Virus record (IMG/VR): IMGVR_UViG_3300042306_000227
Coordinates: 1-64,000 of that record
DNA length: 64,000 bases
Direction: 5' to 3' (one strand)
Source of the DNA: a virus
The notes below the pieces were generated by a model. It made no database searches. It had not been told where the DNA came from and saw only the letters and a program-made list of their open reading frames with translations. Positions within the stretch are counted from its first letter, which is position 1. Every line of letters starts with the position of its first letter. This document shows positions 28,057-39,053 of this stretch, one piece after another. The position numbers were made by a program, and so were the translations under genes.

Positions 28057-31000
28057 ATGAATTTTGAACAAAATTTTAGTCCATTAGACCCCAACAGTGA
28101 AGAGTATCAATCAGTAGATAATTTTGGACAAGAGTTAGACCCTCTTGCGCCTAAAAAACCAAAAACAATACCAGGTACAAATGTTCCAATAGGGGGCACT
28201 GGTATACCTGTTACAAAGGTAGATAAGCCATTTACTCAAATTGAGAATTCTATTAAGTCTGTTAAGACAGCTAATACAGAATACCAAAACTTACTTGCCA
28301 AAAAAGGTGGTGCAAGCTCTGTTTATGGAGAAGCCCCTGGCGATGAAATAGAGAGAAATAAGCAATTTACATCTGCGTTAAAATCACAATCTGACGAGTT
28401 ATTAAAAAAATATTCTAATGATATTAATAAACCTATAGACCAGGTTATTTCTTCTGGTAAATGGGAGGAATATATAACTGAATCTGGAGGGTTTAATTAC
28501 GACAAAGCAAGAGGTTACTTTGACTATGTAGTAAAGCAAAATGGTGGTGGAACATACGTAAGAGACTTAATGATATCTAAGTTTCAAAATGCAGTAGTTG
28601 CCAAGAAAAATGAAAAAGATGTAAAGCCATTCTTAAAAGAAGAGATTGCTAAGACTGGATTAAATCTAGATAAAGATGGCAATGTAGACTTTGCAAGTAT
28701 TATAGGTACTGAAAACTTAAAAGCTGGCCAAGAGGCTAAATTAAAGTCTATTGCACCTGCTCAATTTAACAAATTACAGTTAATAGAAAGCGATTCTGAA
28801 AAGCAGGTTAATCAATTACTTAATGCATCAAAAGATGTGTTTAAGCAGGAAGAACTTAAGTTTAATACATTAAAACAGCAGGTTCAGGCTCAGTTAACAG
28901 CTGGTCAAATAACACAAGAAGAGGCACAGAATACAATTAATGATGCACTATCTGGTATTAATCAAATGTCAGAGTCATTAAATAATGATTTTCAGAAAGC
29001 TGTTAGAGATATCAGAGTAAAGACTTCTTCTAAGTATGCAAGAATATCTAAAGAGATTGGAGCTATTGGCTCTGGTATGTCATTAGATGATATTATATCT
29101 GGTTTACCAAAAGATAAGCAAAAAGAAGTAAGAGATAGAGTTGAAGCTGCTAAGGCGAAGGTAAATATTGCATATGAAAATGCTTACTCAAAATTATCTT
29201 CTACAAAAAATGAAGGCAAGAAAGCACAAGAATCTATGATAGGACTTGGTGGACTTGCTGGAAAATCATTCTTAAGTGGGTGGAATAATGGCTTAGCTTC
29301 ATTAGGAGGTTATCTTAACATGAACGGAATTGATAACAGTTTTGCAGATTGGTTAAGAGCTCATTCTACAACAGGAGAAGAATTAGCTCCAGCACAATAC
29401 GAGTGGAGTGGTAAAGAATGGTATAAAAGAGGTATCTCTTCTGCTATGCAATCAACAGGTATGAGTCTACCTACAATGGCACCTACATTAGCTATTACAG
29501 CAGCTGGAACAGCAGCTGGAGTACCTGCGGTAGGTCTTGCTGTTATAAATGGTGTATTAGGATATTTAGGAGAAAGAAACCAAAACTCATTTGAAGTATA
29601 CGATAAAGAGATTAAGAAAGGTAGTAATCCAAATGATGCTTTAATTAAAGCGGAAACATTTGAAAGAATGTCTGTTTCTGAATTGCCATTCCATTTATTA
29701 GGAGGTTTAGCTGACGTTAAATTATTCCAACTTGGAGCAAGTGCTACAAAGAGTGCAGGCAAGGGAGTTAAGTCTATTGTTACAGAATATGGGAAAAGCT
29801 TTGGAGGGGAATTATTAGAAGAGTATCCAACTGAGTTATTACAAAACTATAATCAAGCAAAACTTGATGGGTATAAAGGTAGCTTATTTGAATATGGAGC
29901 ATCTAACCCAGAATTATTTTTAGATACATTAGTATCTACATTAGGTCAAGGCAGTGTGTTTGCTGGTGCTGGTAAAGTATTTGGGGCATTCACAAGCGCA
30001 GCCCCAGAATCAAGAATTCAGTTTTATACTGACATGATTCAAAAGAATGGGATTGAATATGCTAAGACGGTTGCGAAGAAGTATTATGATTCAGGTATAT
30101 TAGATGGTGCAACTGCAACTTCTGTGTCAGCTGAAATTGATGATGCTTCTAAAATATATTCAGACTTATTAGAGTCTGGTTTAGATGACAATGCTGCTAA
30201 ATTGTATGTAGCAATGCATTATCAGTCTAAGAGCTTATCTTCAAAAGCGGATAATAAAAAAGAATCTGTAATGGGTTCTCTTGCTAAGTTACAGCTTGCT
30301 AATACACAATCTCAAATGAAGGAATTAGCTAATGGAACACTCCCATATGTTGTTATGGAGATACCAGGAGGCGAAAACTCTTCAAGAGTAATATCATTAC
30401 AAGACTTTAACACACTTACTCCTGCTCAAAAAACAAATGTAATACAAGCATCTAACTCAATCAGTGTAATAAATGATGAAGACGCTAACACGTCATTACA
30501 AGAGCAAAAGAAGCAGTTAGGCAATACACCTAATGCTCCTGTTGGTCTATTTACCAATAACATTAAAACAACTCAAGATGCCACTCAAGAAAGCACAAGG
30601 GAAGAGCAAATCAGCACTGAACAAGGCGGTATCAGCCAATATCAGGGAACTCAACCAATCCAAGAACAAGCGACCAATGAAACAAAAGATAGCAATCGCC
30701 CTATCAGCGGCACGAAGAAAGTAATAACGCTTCAGAATATAAATGAGATTGAACAGATTGAAGGCAATAATACTCAGAAAAAAGTATTAGGCGATGTAAA
30801 AAATGTTACGTCATCAATAGCTGGATTTGTTCAGCAAGATACAGGCAGCGAATTAAAGGTTAATATACACGACCAAAACTCATTTACACAGGCTGTATTA
30901 GAAGCTGGTGGAACACAACAAGATGCAAAGTCAAAAGGGTTCTATATGTCTTCAGATGGAAACATACATTTAAACATGGACAATGTTTCAGAGGACACAA

Positions 31001-34000
31001 TGTTACACGAAGGATTCCATCCTGTGTTAGACTATATAGAAAAAAATAGTCCAGACACAATGAATAGCCTTTTTGAGCAATTAAAGTCTATACCTCAAGC
31101 TCAAGATTTTGTTCAGAAAGCTGAGGCTGCTTACAATGAGAATGGTAGTATTACTGTTAAAAAAGAAGCAATTACAGACTTTATAGCTAACGTAGCTAAT
31201 GGTAACGTTAAGGTTGATGCTACTAATTTAGAGACATTAAAGAATTATATAATAGGGTTGTTAAATAAGTTAGGGTTAAATCTTAAGCAGAATAGAATTT
31301 TAAATTTAGAAACTGCAGAAGACTTAAAGAATCTAGCTACATTTATAACAGAAAAGTTTACCTCTGGAAGTGAAATAACACAATCAGAACTTGGAAAATT
31401 TGTAGAAACCAAACCTACTGCTGAAAATCCAATTGCAAAATCTGGACAACTTCAATTTAGTAAAACAATATATGGTGAGTCTGGTATAGAAAAATCTCCA
31501 GCACTGGATAGTGACGAGTTTGTTCAAGCTGTTCAAGATGGTAGAATATCTGTATCTAACCCATATCAATCTTTGATGGGTAAGTTTTTTGGGATTACAT
31601 TCCCAGATGATTTATTTACTGGAGAACTAAAAGTAAATGGAGAAACTGTAGGTTTTGGGTTCGGTGGAGTTTTTTATGTTGCAAAATTTGGAGCTAAAGG
31701 ATTAGCTTGGGCATCAGTTGGCAAGCAGTCAGCAAGCAACTTTACTATACAAGCTAATGCAAGCTTAAAAAAGAATAACGGAGAAGGTATTATTGTTTTA
31801 TCAAAAGGAGATGATATTAAGCATGCTACATCTCTTCAAGCAAAGGTTGCATTTATTAATACATTATTGAAGTACGCTGAAAACAATAATCAAGGAGAGT
31901 CTTTGGTTAAGTCTATAAGAAAAATATATAATATTGGTAACGCAAAGAGTCCTAGTAAAATTATTGAGTACTTTAATAATTACCTAGCTTCTGGAAGAAT
32001 GGAATCTGGTCAAACAATGTTTGATGCTAAGGGTTCATTTGACAACTTAATGACTTCTATAATAAAAGAAGCGCAGCCTGTTATTACAAAAATGTTTCAA
32101 GATATGGGGCTTGAAGGAGATACATATTTTGATAAAACTCAATTAAGAAAGGATAATAAAATAGCTACTACAAAGGGTTTAAAGTCTTTGTATGCAGACA
32201 TGCTTCAAGAAGACTTTTTAAAAGGAGCTCCTAAAGGTGGCATATATGCAGCTATTAAATTTAGTAGCGAGTTAGAATATGTAGTTGATAAATCACATCC
32301 TTCTTATCCATATGTAATAAAAACTAAAGATGGCTCTCCTGTTAAATTAGAAGTTTTTAGTAAAACATTTAATGCATATGGTAAAGATGTTGCAGTAAAA
32401 GGTGTTGAAAGAAATACACAAAATGCATTTGGAGTAGTAACAACAACAAAGCCTAATTTCCAAATTAATGAGGAAATGGAAGGCAATAAATCAGAGCATA
32501 TTTTATCTAATAAGTTAGATGCTTATGAAGCAATATCAAAAGGTAAATCTGCTCCACAATTCCAAAAAGATATAGTACCTACAGGTGGTGTCCCATCTGT
32601 GCCAGGAGAAACAGGAGTTGGAGAAGCAAATCAACCATCAGGATTGCCAGAAAAGAAAAAGTATTCTTGGGAGAAGGGTACATCTGGTAAGCCAGAGCCA
32701 GGAGAGACTATGATTAAGACATCTACTGGAAGATATGTCGCTATTGAGACTATGGCTGGTCAAATGATGGATAGAGATAAGGTTATTAATGAAATAAAGA
32801 AAGCAGAACCTTCATTCTTTTCAAAGCACATTAGAGATATAAGAACTAAATGGCGTGACAATCAATATAATGTATTAAAATCTCTTTCTGAAATAGGCAA
32901 AAGCGGGATGCTTGTAAAGCATTATTTACTTACAAGAAATAGCGCATCTGCAACTGCAACTGCAGCAGTAGAATCTGCTATTAAAGAAATATATGGGAAG
33001 ATATCAAAGAAGAAAACCTTTAATATCAATGGAGCTAAGGTCACAGAATATGTTTTGTTTAATCAAATGATTAATTATCAAAGGGTTATATCAATACAAG
33101 AACAAATGAACGATGCTTATAAGACTATGATAAGCTCTGAGCCTGGTTCACAAGAATATAACAAAGCAAAAAAGAAATTGCTTGATAACAATATGATTGA
33201 TGTGAATGGTGATTATGTAGGAGAAAGTTTAGATACTGAATTCGCAATGGGTAATGTCACTGCAACTCAATCAAAAGCTTTGCTTTATGAGATAAGAGAA
33301 TCAATAGGAGAAGAGTCTTTTGATAAGTTAATGAATGCTTCTGAGAAATATAGCAACCATTTTAATAAGATGATGAAAGAAAGATATGAGGCTGGTTTAA
33401 TATCAGAAGACACATACAAATATCTTTCAAAGTTCTACTATGCTCCAGGCAGATACGTTAGTGATGTTTTAATTGACCCTATACTATCTATTGCAAAAAC
33501 AACTCCAACATATCAAAGTACTTCTATATTGAAAATGAGGAGTCTTGCTGGAGGTACAGAAAGATTAAATCTAAATGATTACGAAGGATTATTAAGAGCT
33601 GTAACATATGCGTCTGAATATTCAATAGCAGAGAATAGGGCAACAAATAGATTCTATGACTTAATATCAGAAAATAAAACACAGTTCAATAGTAGTGGTA
33701 TTAGACTTGGTACAAAATTAGTTCCTATTGAAGCAGAAGGCCCAGTTAAGTTTGATATTATTGATGAAAAGGTAATAGCTATACAAGAAGGTAAAGCAAA
33801 GTCTGCATTAGAATTACCTAGTGGACAAAAGCAATTGCCTTATAAAGGTATTCAAAAGCCATCAGATATGCCAGTCGGTAAGTATATTCAACCAATTGAT
33901 ATTGTACTAGATGAAGATGGAAATAAGTTTAGAGTAGTATACGAAACTCCTAAAGTAGGTGAAGATATTATTAAAACATATTATAATGGTCAACAATATG

Positions 34001-36012
34001 ATATTATAGTTCCAGCTTGGTTTGCTGATGCATGGTATAACAGGAATATGGCTACAGGAGATACGTCTTCCTTAATAGCTAAAATAACTGGAGCAAATGT
34101 TTTAAGGCTAGTAGCTACTGGTATTAACCCTGTATTCGGTATTGCTCAAATTGTACCAGATACAATATCAGCATATGCATCCACACTAGAAGAAAGAAAA
34201 CTTCCTTTGCTTATAGACTACCCTAGGTTCTTTATAAAGACATTAGCTGCTTCAAGGGATATTATGAAAAAAACAGATGATTTTAAAGAAGCGACTAAAT
34301 ATGGAGCTACTACAAATTTCTACAACGGAGGTTCTGTTTCTTTTGAAAGAGGATTGATGGGTCTAGAGGATAAGTCTTTAGAGAAGGTTGTAGAAGAGTG
34401 GAATGTGCCTGTGTTAAAACAGTATGTTATGGGGTCTAAAAGAATCACAGAGACTACAGAACAAATGACAAAAGTTGCTATATATAAAGAGATAAGAGAC
34501 AGAAAAATAAAAGAATTTAAGCAGGAGAATAATAGAGAGCCAAACTCGCAAGAACTAGAAGACATAAAAATAGAGTCTGGGTCTATGGCAAGAGGTACTG
34601 CTGATTTCCATAGAAAGGGTTCTAGCGCATCTAATGTGAATAAGGTTATACCATACTTAAATGCAGCTATACAAATTAACAGAGCTGTATTAAGGTCTAT
34701 TAAAAAGAATCCAATGAAAGCTGTATACTACTCTATGGAGTATATGGGTCATGCTGCTGTATTTAGTTTAATGGCTATGGGAGCTGGTGATGATGATGAA
34801 TTAAAAGAAAAGAAAAGAAGGGCATACTTAGGTCTTAGTGAATTTGAGAGGGATAATAACTTTTTAATGTACTTTAATGAGTCAGAAGGAAAGTTTGTAG
34901 CTCAAAAACTACCTTCATTCTTAGTCCCATTTAATGCATTTTCAAGAAGGCTTACAGAAAGAATATACCTTGAGAAAAAAGAGATTACACCAAAAGACAT
35001 TCGTGAAATTGCGTCTAGTGTAGCAGATATGTTCCCTTTATTGCAAATATTAAATGTTGAAAAAACTTTATCTAGAAACCCAGCATATAGCTTTGCAGCA
35101 AAACTATTCTTCAATAGAGACCCTTATAGACAAGAAGCGGTAGCTAAATACGATGAGTCTACAAAAAACTACCTAGAAGGAGCTATGATAGGGAAAGAGC
35201 AATCTTCTGCATTTTCAAGAAAAATAGGTGAGTTAACAAAAAATGGAGTGCCATTATTCCCAGAAGGTATTTCTCCAAAAAGACTTGATGCGGCACTTGG
35301 CTCTATACCATTCCAATCTAACCCAATATCAGCATTCCCATTATTTGCGGCAGATGCAACAAGTATAACAATGGAAGAATTTGAAGAAAAGTACGGCAAG
35401 AATGCTGCTAGTATCATTCTGTCTGCAAGTGGAATCTCAAAAAGATACTTTAAGGGCGGAAGTAGAATAAATCAAAATTTAGCTGGATTATCACTTGAGA
35501 ATATAAAAGACAGAGGCGAAATGAAAAACAAGATAGCTGAAATGATTCTGCCAAAGTTTGAAGAATTTACAAAGAATATGACTAGAGAAGATGCATTTGT
35601 AAAGGCAACTGAAGATTTTATATCAAATGAGTTTGATAAGTTAACGGTTGAGCAAAAGATAATAGCTCAAGGATATATAACTGGCGACCTTAGAGGTAGA
35701 ATATTTAATGTTACAAAAGACAAGCAAGTATCTCAAATATTAAATATGGAAGACCCTAATGCTAAGATAGATGCTATATTGTACACAATGAAGAATGTTA
35801 GAACCACAGATAGCTCAAGAGATGCATTTATAAACGAGCTTGTTCAAAATGGGATAACAGCTAACGAGTCTTTTGGTAGAATGTTAGCAGTAAGAGGTGA
35901 ACAAGAACTTCCAAACCCAGAGACTGGTGTAATGGAGAAGAATAACAGGTATGAAAAAGAGGTAGGAGAGCTGTTGAAGAAACTGACAATAATCTTTGAA
36001 AAGTCTCAATAA
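28057..36012 (+). CDS. giant internal virion (ejection) polyvalent protein with zincin-like metallopeptidase motif and LPD38-like C-terminus
   Basis: 2651 aa; 'KGFYMSSDGNIHLN...TMLHEGFHP...KEA' (HExxH); C-terminal 'ADFHRKGS...IPYLNAAIQ'. Confidence 0.7.
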   Translation: MNFEQNFSPLDPNSEEYQSVDNFGQELDPLAPKKPKTIPGTNVPIGGTGIPVTKVDKPFTQIENSIKSVKTANTEYQNLLAKKGGASSVYGEAPGDEIERNKQFTSALKSQSDELLKKYSNDINKPIDQVISSGKWEEYITESGGFNYDKARGYFDYVVKQNGGGTYVRDLMISKFQNAVVAKKNEKDVKPFLKEEIAKTGLNLDKDGNVDFASIIGTENLKAGQEAKLKSIAPAQFNKLQLIESDSEKQVNQLLNASKDVFKQEELKFNTLKQQVQAQLTAGQITQEEAQNTINDALSGINQMSESLNNDFQKAVRDIRVKTSSKYARISKEIGAIGSGMSLDDIISGLPKDKQKEVRDRVEAAKAKVNIAYENAYSKLSSTKNEGKKAQESMIGLGGLAGKSFLSGWNNGLASLGGYLNMNGIDNSFADWLRAHSTTGEELAPAQYEWSGKEWYKRGISSAMQSTGMSLPTMAPTLAITAAGTAAGVPAVGLAVINGVLGYLGERNQNSFEVYDKEIKKGSNPNDALIKAETFERMSVSELPFHLLGGLADVKLFQLGASATKSAGKGVKSIVTEYGKSFGGELLEEYPTELLQNYNQAKLDGYKGSLFEYGASNPELFLDTLVSTLGQGSVFAGAGKVFGAFTSAAPESRIQFYTDMIQKNGIEYAKTVAKKYYDSGILDGATATSVSAEIDDASKIYSDLLESGLDDNAAKLYVAMHYQSKSLSSKADNKKESVMGSLAKLQLANTQSQMKELANGTLPYVVMEIPGGENSSRVISLQDFNTLTPAQKTNVIQASNSISVINDEDANTSLQEQKKQLGNTPNAPVGLFTNNIKTTQDATQESTREEQISTEQGGISQYQGTQPIQEQATNETKDSNRPISGTKKVITLQNINEIEQIEGNNTQKKVLGDVKNVTSSIAGFVQQDTGSELKVNIHDQNSFTQAVLEAGGTQQDAKSKGFYMSSDGNIHLNMDNVSEDTMLHEGFHPVLDYIEKNSPDTMNSLFEQLKSIPQAQDFVQKAEAAYNENGSITVKKEAITDFIANVANGNVKVDATNLETLKNYIIGLLNKLGLNLKQNRILNLETAEDLKNLATFITEKFTSGSEITQSELGKFVETKPTAENPIAKSGQLQFSKTIYGESGIEKSPALDSDEFVQAVQDGRISVSNPYQSLMGKFFGITFPDDLFTGELKVNGETVGFGFGGVFYVAKFGAKGLAWASVGKQSASNFTIQANASLKKNNGEGIIVLSKGDDIKHATSLQAKVAFINTLLKYAENNNQGESLVKSIRKIYNIGNAKSPSKIIEYFNNYLASGRMESGQTMFDAKGSFDNLMTSIIKEAQPVITKMFQDMGLEGDTYFDKTQLRKDNKIATTKGLKSLYADMLQEDFLKGAPKGGIYAAIKFSSELEYVVDKSHPSYPYVIKTKDGSPVKLEVFSKTFNAYGKDVAVKGVERNTQNAFGVVTTTKPNFQINEEMEGNKSEHILSNKLDAYEAISKGKSAPQFQKDIVPTGGVPSVPGETGVGEANQPSGLPEKKKYSWEKGTSGKPEPGETMIKTSTGRYVAIETMAGQMMDRDKVINEIKKAEPSFFSKHIRDIRTKWRDNQYNVLKSLSEIGKSGMLVKHYLLTRNSASATATAAVESAIKEIYGKISKKKTFNINGAKVTEYVLFNQMINYQRVISIQEQMNDAYKTMISSEPGSQEYNKAKKKLLDNNMIDVNGDYVGESLDTEFAMGNVTATQSKALLYEIRESIGEESFDKLMNASEKYSNHFNKMMKERYEAGLISEDTYKYLSKFYYAPGRYVSDVLIDPILSIAKTTPTYQSTSILKMRSLAGGTERLNLNDYEGLLRAVTYASEYSIAENRATNRFYDLISENKTQFNSSGIRLGTKLVPIEAEGPVKFDIIDEKVIAIQEGKAKSALELPSGQKQLPYKGIQKPSDMPVGKYIQPIDIVLDEDGNKFRVVYETPKVGEDIIKTYYNGQQYDIIVPAWFADAWYNRNMATGDTSSLIAKITGANVLRLVATGINPVFGIAQIVPDTISAYASTLEERKLPLLIDYPRFFIKTLAASRDIMKKTDDFKEATKYGATTNFYNGGSVSFERGLMGLEDKSLEKVVEEWNVPVLKQYVMGSKRITETTEQMTKVAIYKEIRDRKIKEFKQENNREPNSQELEDIKIESGSMARGTADFHRKGSSASNVNKVIPYLNAAIQINRAVLRSIKKNPMKAVYYSMEYMGHAAVFSLMAMGAGDDDELKEKKRRAYLGLSEFERDNNFLMYFNESEGKFVAQKLPSFLVPFNAFSRRLTERIYLEKKEITPKDIREIASSVADMFPLLQILNVEKTLSRNPAYSFAAKLFFNRDPYRQEAVAKYDESTKNYLEGAMIGKEQSSAFSRKIGELTKNGVPLFPEGISPKRLDAALGSIPFQSNPISAFPLFAADATSITMEEFEEKYGKNAASIILSASGISKRYFKGGSRINQNLAGLSLENIKDRGEMKNKIAEMILPKFEEFTKNMTREDAFVKATEDFISNEFDKLTVEQKIIAQGYITGDLRGRIFNVTKDKQVSQILNMEDPNAKIDAILYTMKNVRTTDSSRDAFINELVQNGITANESFGRMLAVRGEQELPNPETGVMEKNNRYEKEVGELLKKLTIIFEKSQ
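30578..30724 (+). CDS. small basic protein nested in the +1 frame of the giant gene
   Basis: MPLKKAQGKSKSALNKAVSANIRELNQSKNKRPMKQKIAIALSAARRK, A-rich upstream region. Confidence 0.7.
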   Translation: MPLKKAQGKSKSALNKAVSANIRELNQSKNKRPMKQKIAIALSAARRK

Positions 36013-36052
36013 TCAAACTAAAGTATTAAGTATCTTTGTAAAAATATAGAAA

Positions 36053-36598
36053 ATGGCAATATTTCAAGCAGATTTAAAGGTAGACGTAGCATACGATGCT
36101 ACTAGCGTCACCTTTACCGATAATAGCAACTATGGTGGCACAGAAACCTCTGGAGGAGGGGCTGCTATAAACACATCTAATGTGACAGCTAAAGTGGTAA
36201 GAGTTTACCGTACAACAGACACGGTGACTCCATTCAAGACATTCACATTTACCAATAGTGCAACTATGACTTTCGTAGCTAGTGGGAATAATAACCTACC
36301 TAGCGGAGCTTATAGATTTGAGTTTGAGCTTACAACTACTGGCGTGACACTTACAGCTGCCCAAAAGCAGGATTATGGTGTATACCCAATTAATGTGGTT
36401 GAGAAGTCAAAGTACCTAAAGGCTGTGTTAAATATGAAGAATAGTCAGACTTTGAGAGATGATAAGGTGTACATGAAGAACTTGACGCTATTTGCGGCTG
36501 AGTTAGACCTGTCTGATTACATGGCTGAGCTAGGAGACATCCAGTCTAGCCAAGATGCAATAGACAGAATTAATAACTATGTAGTAAAATTATTCTAA
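36053..36598 (+). CDS. virion structural protein
   Basis: Beta-rich N-terminus and helical C-terminus; promoter at 36031-36038. Confidence 0.6.
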   Translation: MAIFQADLKVDVAYDATSVTFTDNSNYGGTETSGGGAAINTSNVTAKVVRVYRTTDTVTPFKTFTFTNSATMTFVASGNNNLPSGAYRFEFELTTTGVTLTAAQKQDYGVYPINVVEKSKYLKAVLNMKNSQTLRDDKVYMKNLTLFAAELDLSDYMAELGDIQSSQDAIDRINNYVVKLF

Positions 36599-36861
36599 TG
36601 TATACAAGTACAGAGTTAAACAACATAAGAAATTCTGGCATTAGATTATGGTCAGCATGGGCTAAAGAGGGTTATTCTCAAATGACTAATACTCTTAACC
36701 CTGACACATATGACCGTCAGGTAATGTTTTATTTAGTAAATGTAGCTTTAAAGTTCGCAATAGACACAGACCAGACAGACGAGGCTGTTCAACTAGTAAA
36801 TCTACTTGTTGCAATGGATTCATTTGCTGATGGAACTAAACTTGCGTTCCCAATCATATAG
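36598..36861 (+). CDS. hypothetical protein
   Basis: 87 aa, translationally coupled. Confidence 0.65.
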   Translation: MYTSTELNNIRNSGIRLWSAWAKEGYSQMTNTLNPDTYDRQVMFYLVNVALKFAIDTDQTDEAVQLVNLLVAMDSFADGTKLAFPII

Positions 36862-36862
36862 T

Positions 36863-38068
36863 ATGCCATCATTAAATATAAATAGCTTAAACATAACAGA
36901 GGAAGGCAACTCAGTCTCTGGTGAGGGTAATGTAGGGGTAATAACTCCTACCTTATTCAGCACAGAAGACCAGCCTGTTCTATCAACTGGTTTTGCTATT
37001 AATGCATTAAGCACTGAGGAAGAGGCTAGCTCAATTACAGGGCACTCTAACAGCAGTGGGCTTGTGCCAGAAAGAATTGACCTTAGTGGGATAGATTTAG
37101 GAGGCCCAGGAGGTATTGTACCAAAGGTTGTGATAGATAATATCTACAACTCAAATAAGATTCAGCAGTGGGAATATGCTTATAATAAGAGCGTAAAAGC
37201 TGTGTCTCTTACCAATAACGGAAGGATTTACACAATCAGAATAACCTTCTTAGATGATAGTTTTGTAGAAGACGATGTTGAGATTAATGTGTCTGTAATG
37301 GACTTATTAGGCCAATGGAACGCATCTACTAACACACCTACTTTGACTAATGGTATTGGTAACAGAGGAGATATTTACAAGTGTAATTTCGCAGGTACAG
37401 CTAACTTCGGTGGAGTACCTATTGTGTTCAATGCTGGCGACTTAGTGATGTATGACGGAAGTGTTTGGGATAAGGTATCTTCTGGTATTGGAACAGGAAT
37501 CTTTGCTAGAAATGTGTACTCTTTTACAGCAACCGCTGGACAGACTACCTACACATTCCCATACATACCAAATCAGGTAGATGTATTCTATAACGGTTCT
37601 AGGCTACCAGCAGCTAATTTTACTGCAACAAGTGGTGCAAGTGTTACATTGTTATTTAGTCCTATCGCTGGTGATTTGTTAACATTCAATGCATATGTGA
37701 GTGTTACTACAGCTTTGGCTGGTGGAGGTACTGCTGGCTCTATTGCAAAATGGAGTGCTACAAGTGAATTAACTAACGCTGTACCTGGGACAGATTATCA
37801 ACAACCAATCACATTAACAACTAACGGAAGCGGAGGAAATGCTACCTTTGTTGGCAATGTATTGAACATTCCTAGAGAGAATTATGTGCATGACCAGCAG
37901 ACTGCTTCGGTGTCTTGGGTTATAACACATAATATGAATAAGTATCCAGCTGTAAACATAGTAGATACTGCGAATGACGAGGTGATAGGAGATGTAAAAT
38001 ATAATTCATTAAATCAAATAACAATAACCTTTACTGCTGCGTTTAGTGGAAAGGCTTACTTAAATTAA
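36863..38068 (+). CDS. tail fibre / fibre-hub protein
   Basis: Start MPSLNIN; WNASTNTP, 'VDVFYNGSRL' and C-terminal 'WVITHNMNKYP...FSGKAYL' modules. Confidence 0.7.
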   Translation: MPSLNINSLNITEEGNSVSGEGNVGVITPTLFSTEDQPVLSTGFAINALSTEEEASSITGHSNSSGLVPERIDLSGIDLGGPGGIVPKVVIDNIYNSNKIQQWEYAYNKSVKAVSLTNNGRIYTIRITFLDDSFVEDDVEINVSVMDLLGQWNASTNTPTLTNGIGNRGDIYKCNFAGTANFGGVPIVFNAGDLVMYDGSVWDKVSSGIGTGIFARNVYSFTATAGQTTYTFPYIPNQVDVFYNGSRLPAANFTATSGASVTLLFSPIAGDLLTFNAYVSVTTALAGGGTAGSIAKWSATSELTNAVPGTDYQQPITLTTNGSGGNATFVGNVLNIPRENYVHDQQTASVSWVITHNMNKYPAVNIVDTANDEVIGDVKYNSLNQITITFTAAFSGKAYLN

Positions 38069-38075
38069 AAACAAA

Positions 38076-39050
38076 ATGGCAAAGAAGTTTTTGGTCAATT
38101 TAGACCTAGCGAAAAACCAGATTCTGAACGCAGCGATTCAGAACTTATCATCAGCACCTAGCTCTCCAGTTCAGGGTCAGGTGTATTACAATACTGGAGA
38201 TAACAGAATTTACTTCTGGGATGGCACAGCTTGGATAGACATGTCAGGAGATATTCGTGACGTAATCGGAGGTGCTGGGTTAGCTGCAGCTACTTCTAAT
38301 GGTATTATTACCTTAGATGTGAATGTAGATAATTCTACAGTAGAGATTGCAACAGATACAATTAGAGTAAAGGATGGTGGAATTACAACTGCAAAACTTG
38401 CGAATGTATCTACCGATTTGACTACAAATAGTGGTTCTACAGCAGTACCTACAGCAGCAGCTGTTAAGTCTTATGTAGACGCAAATATAGGTGGATTAGG
38501 AAATCTAGAAGGTGCATGGGATGCTTCTAGTGGCTCTTTCCCAGTTGGTTCTGCTCCAACAGCAGGTACTAAGTCTGGAGATTATTGGTACGTATCTGTA
38601 GCAGGTACTACAGGTGGTGTAGCGTTTAATGTAGGAGATGTGATTATTGCAAAAATCAATAGCGCATCTACTTCAAGTGCTGCTGACTGGATTCAATTAG
38701 AAGTAAACAGAGACCAAGCTACAGAAAGTACTTTAGGTCTTGTAAGAATTGCAGACCAAACAGCTGTTAACGCAGGTACTGATGATACAGAAGCAATTAC
38801 TCCTCTTAAATTAAAGACTTACCTAGATGCAAATGTAGGAGGATATACTACATTAATAGGCAATGGGACTAATACTTCTTTTAATGTAATTCATGGTCTT
38901 AATACTGCAGCTTTAATTATTGCTGTATACGATAATGCGACAGGCGAAGAAGTAATGGTAGATATTGTTAATGTTGACTCAATTCAAGTTATAGTATCTT
39001 TCGCAGTAGCTCCTTCAACAAATGCATATCGTGTAGTAATTAAAAAATAA
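38076..39050 (+). CDS. tail fibre-associated structural protein
   Basis: 'PVQGQVYYNT', 'GAWDAS', 'QATESTLGLVRIA', 'FNVIHGLNT'. Confidence 0.7.
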   Translation: MAKKFLVNLDLAKNQILNAAIQNLSSAPSSPVQGQVYYNTGDNRIYFWDGTAWIDMSGDIRDVIGGAGLAAATSNGIITLDVNVDNSTVEIATDTIRVKDGGITTAKLANVSTDLTTNSGSTAVPTAAAVKSYVDANIGGLGNLEGAWDASSGSFPVGSAPTAGTKSGDYWYVSVAGTTGGVAFNVGDVIIAKINSASTSSAADWIQLEVNRDQATESTLGLVRIADQTAVNAGTDDTEAITPLKLKTYLDANVGGYTTLIGNGTNTSFNVIHGLNTAALIIAVYDNATGEEVMVDIVNVDSIQVIVSFAVAPSTNAYRVVIKK

Positions 39051-39053
39051 TAG

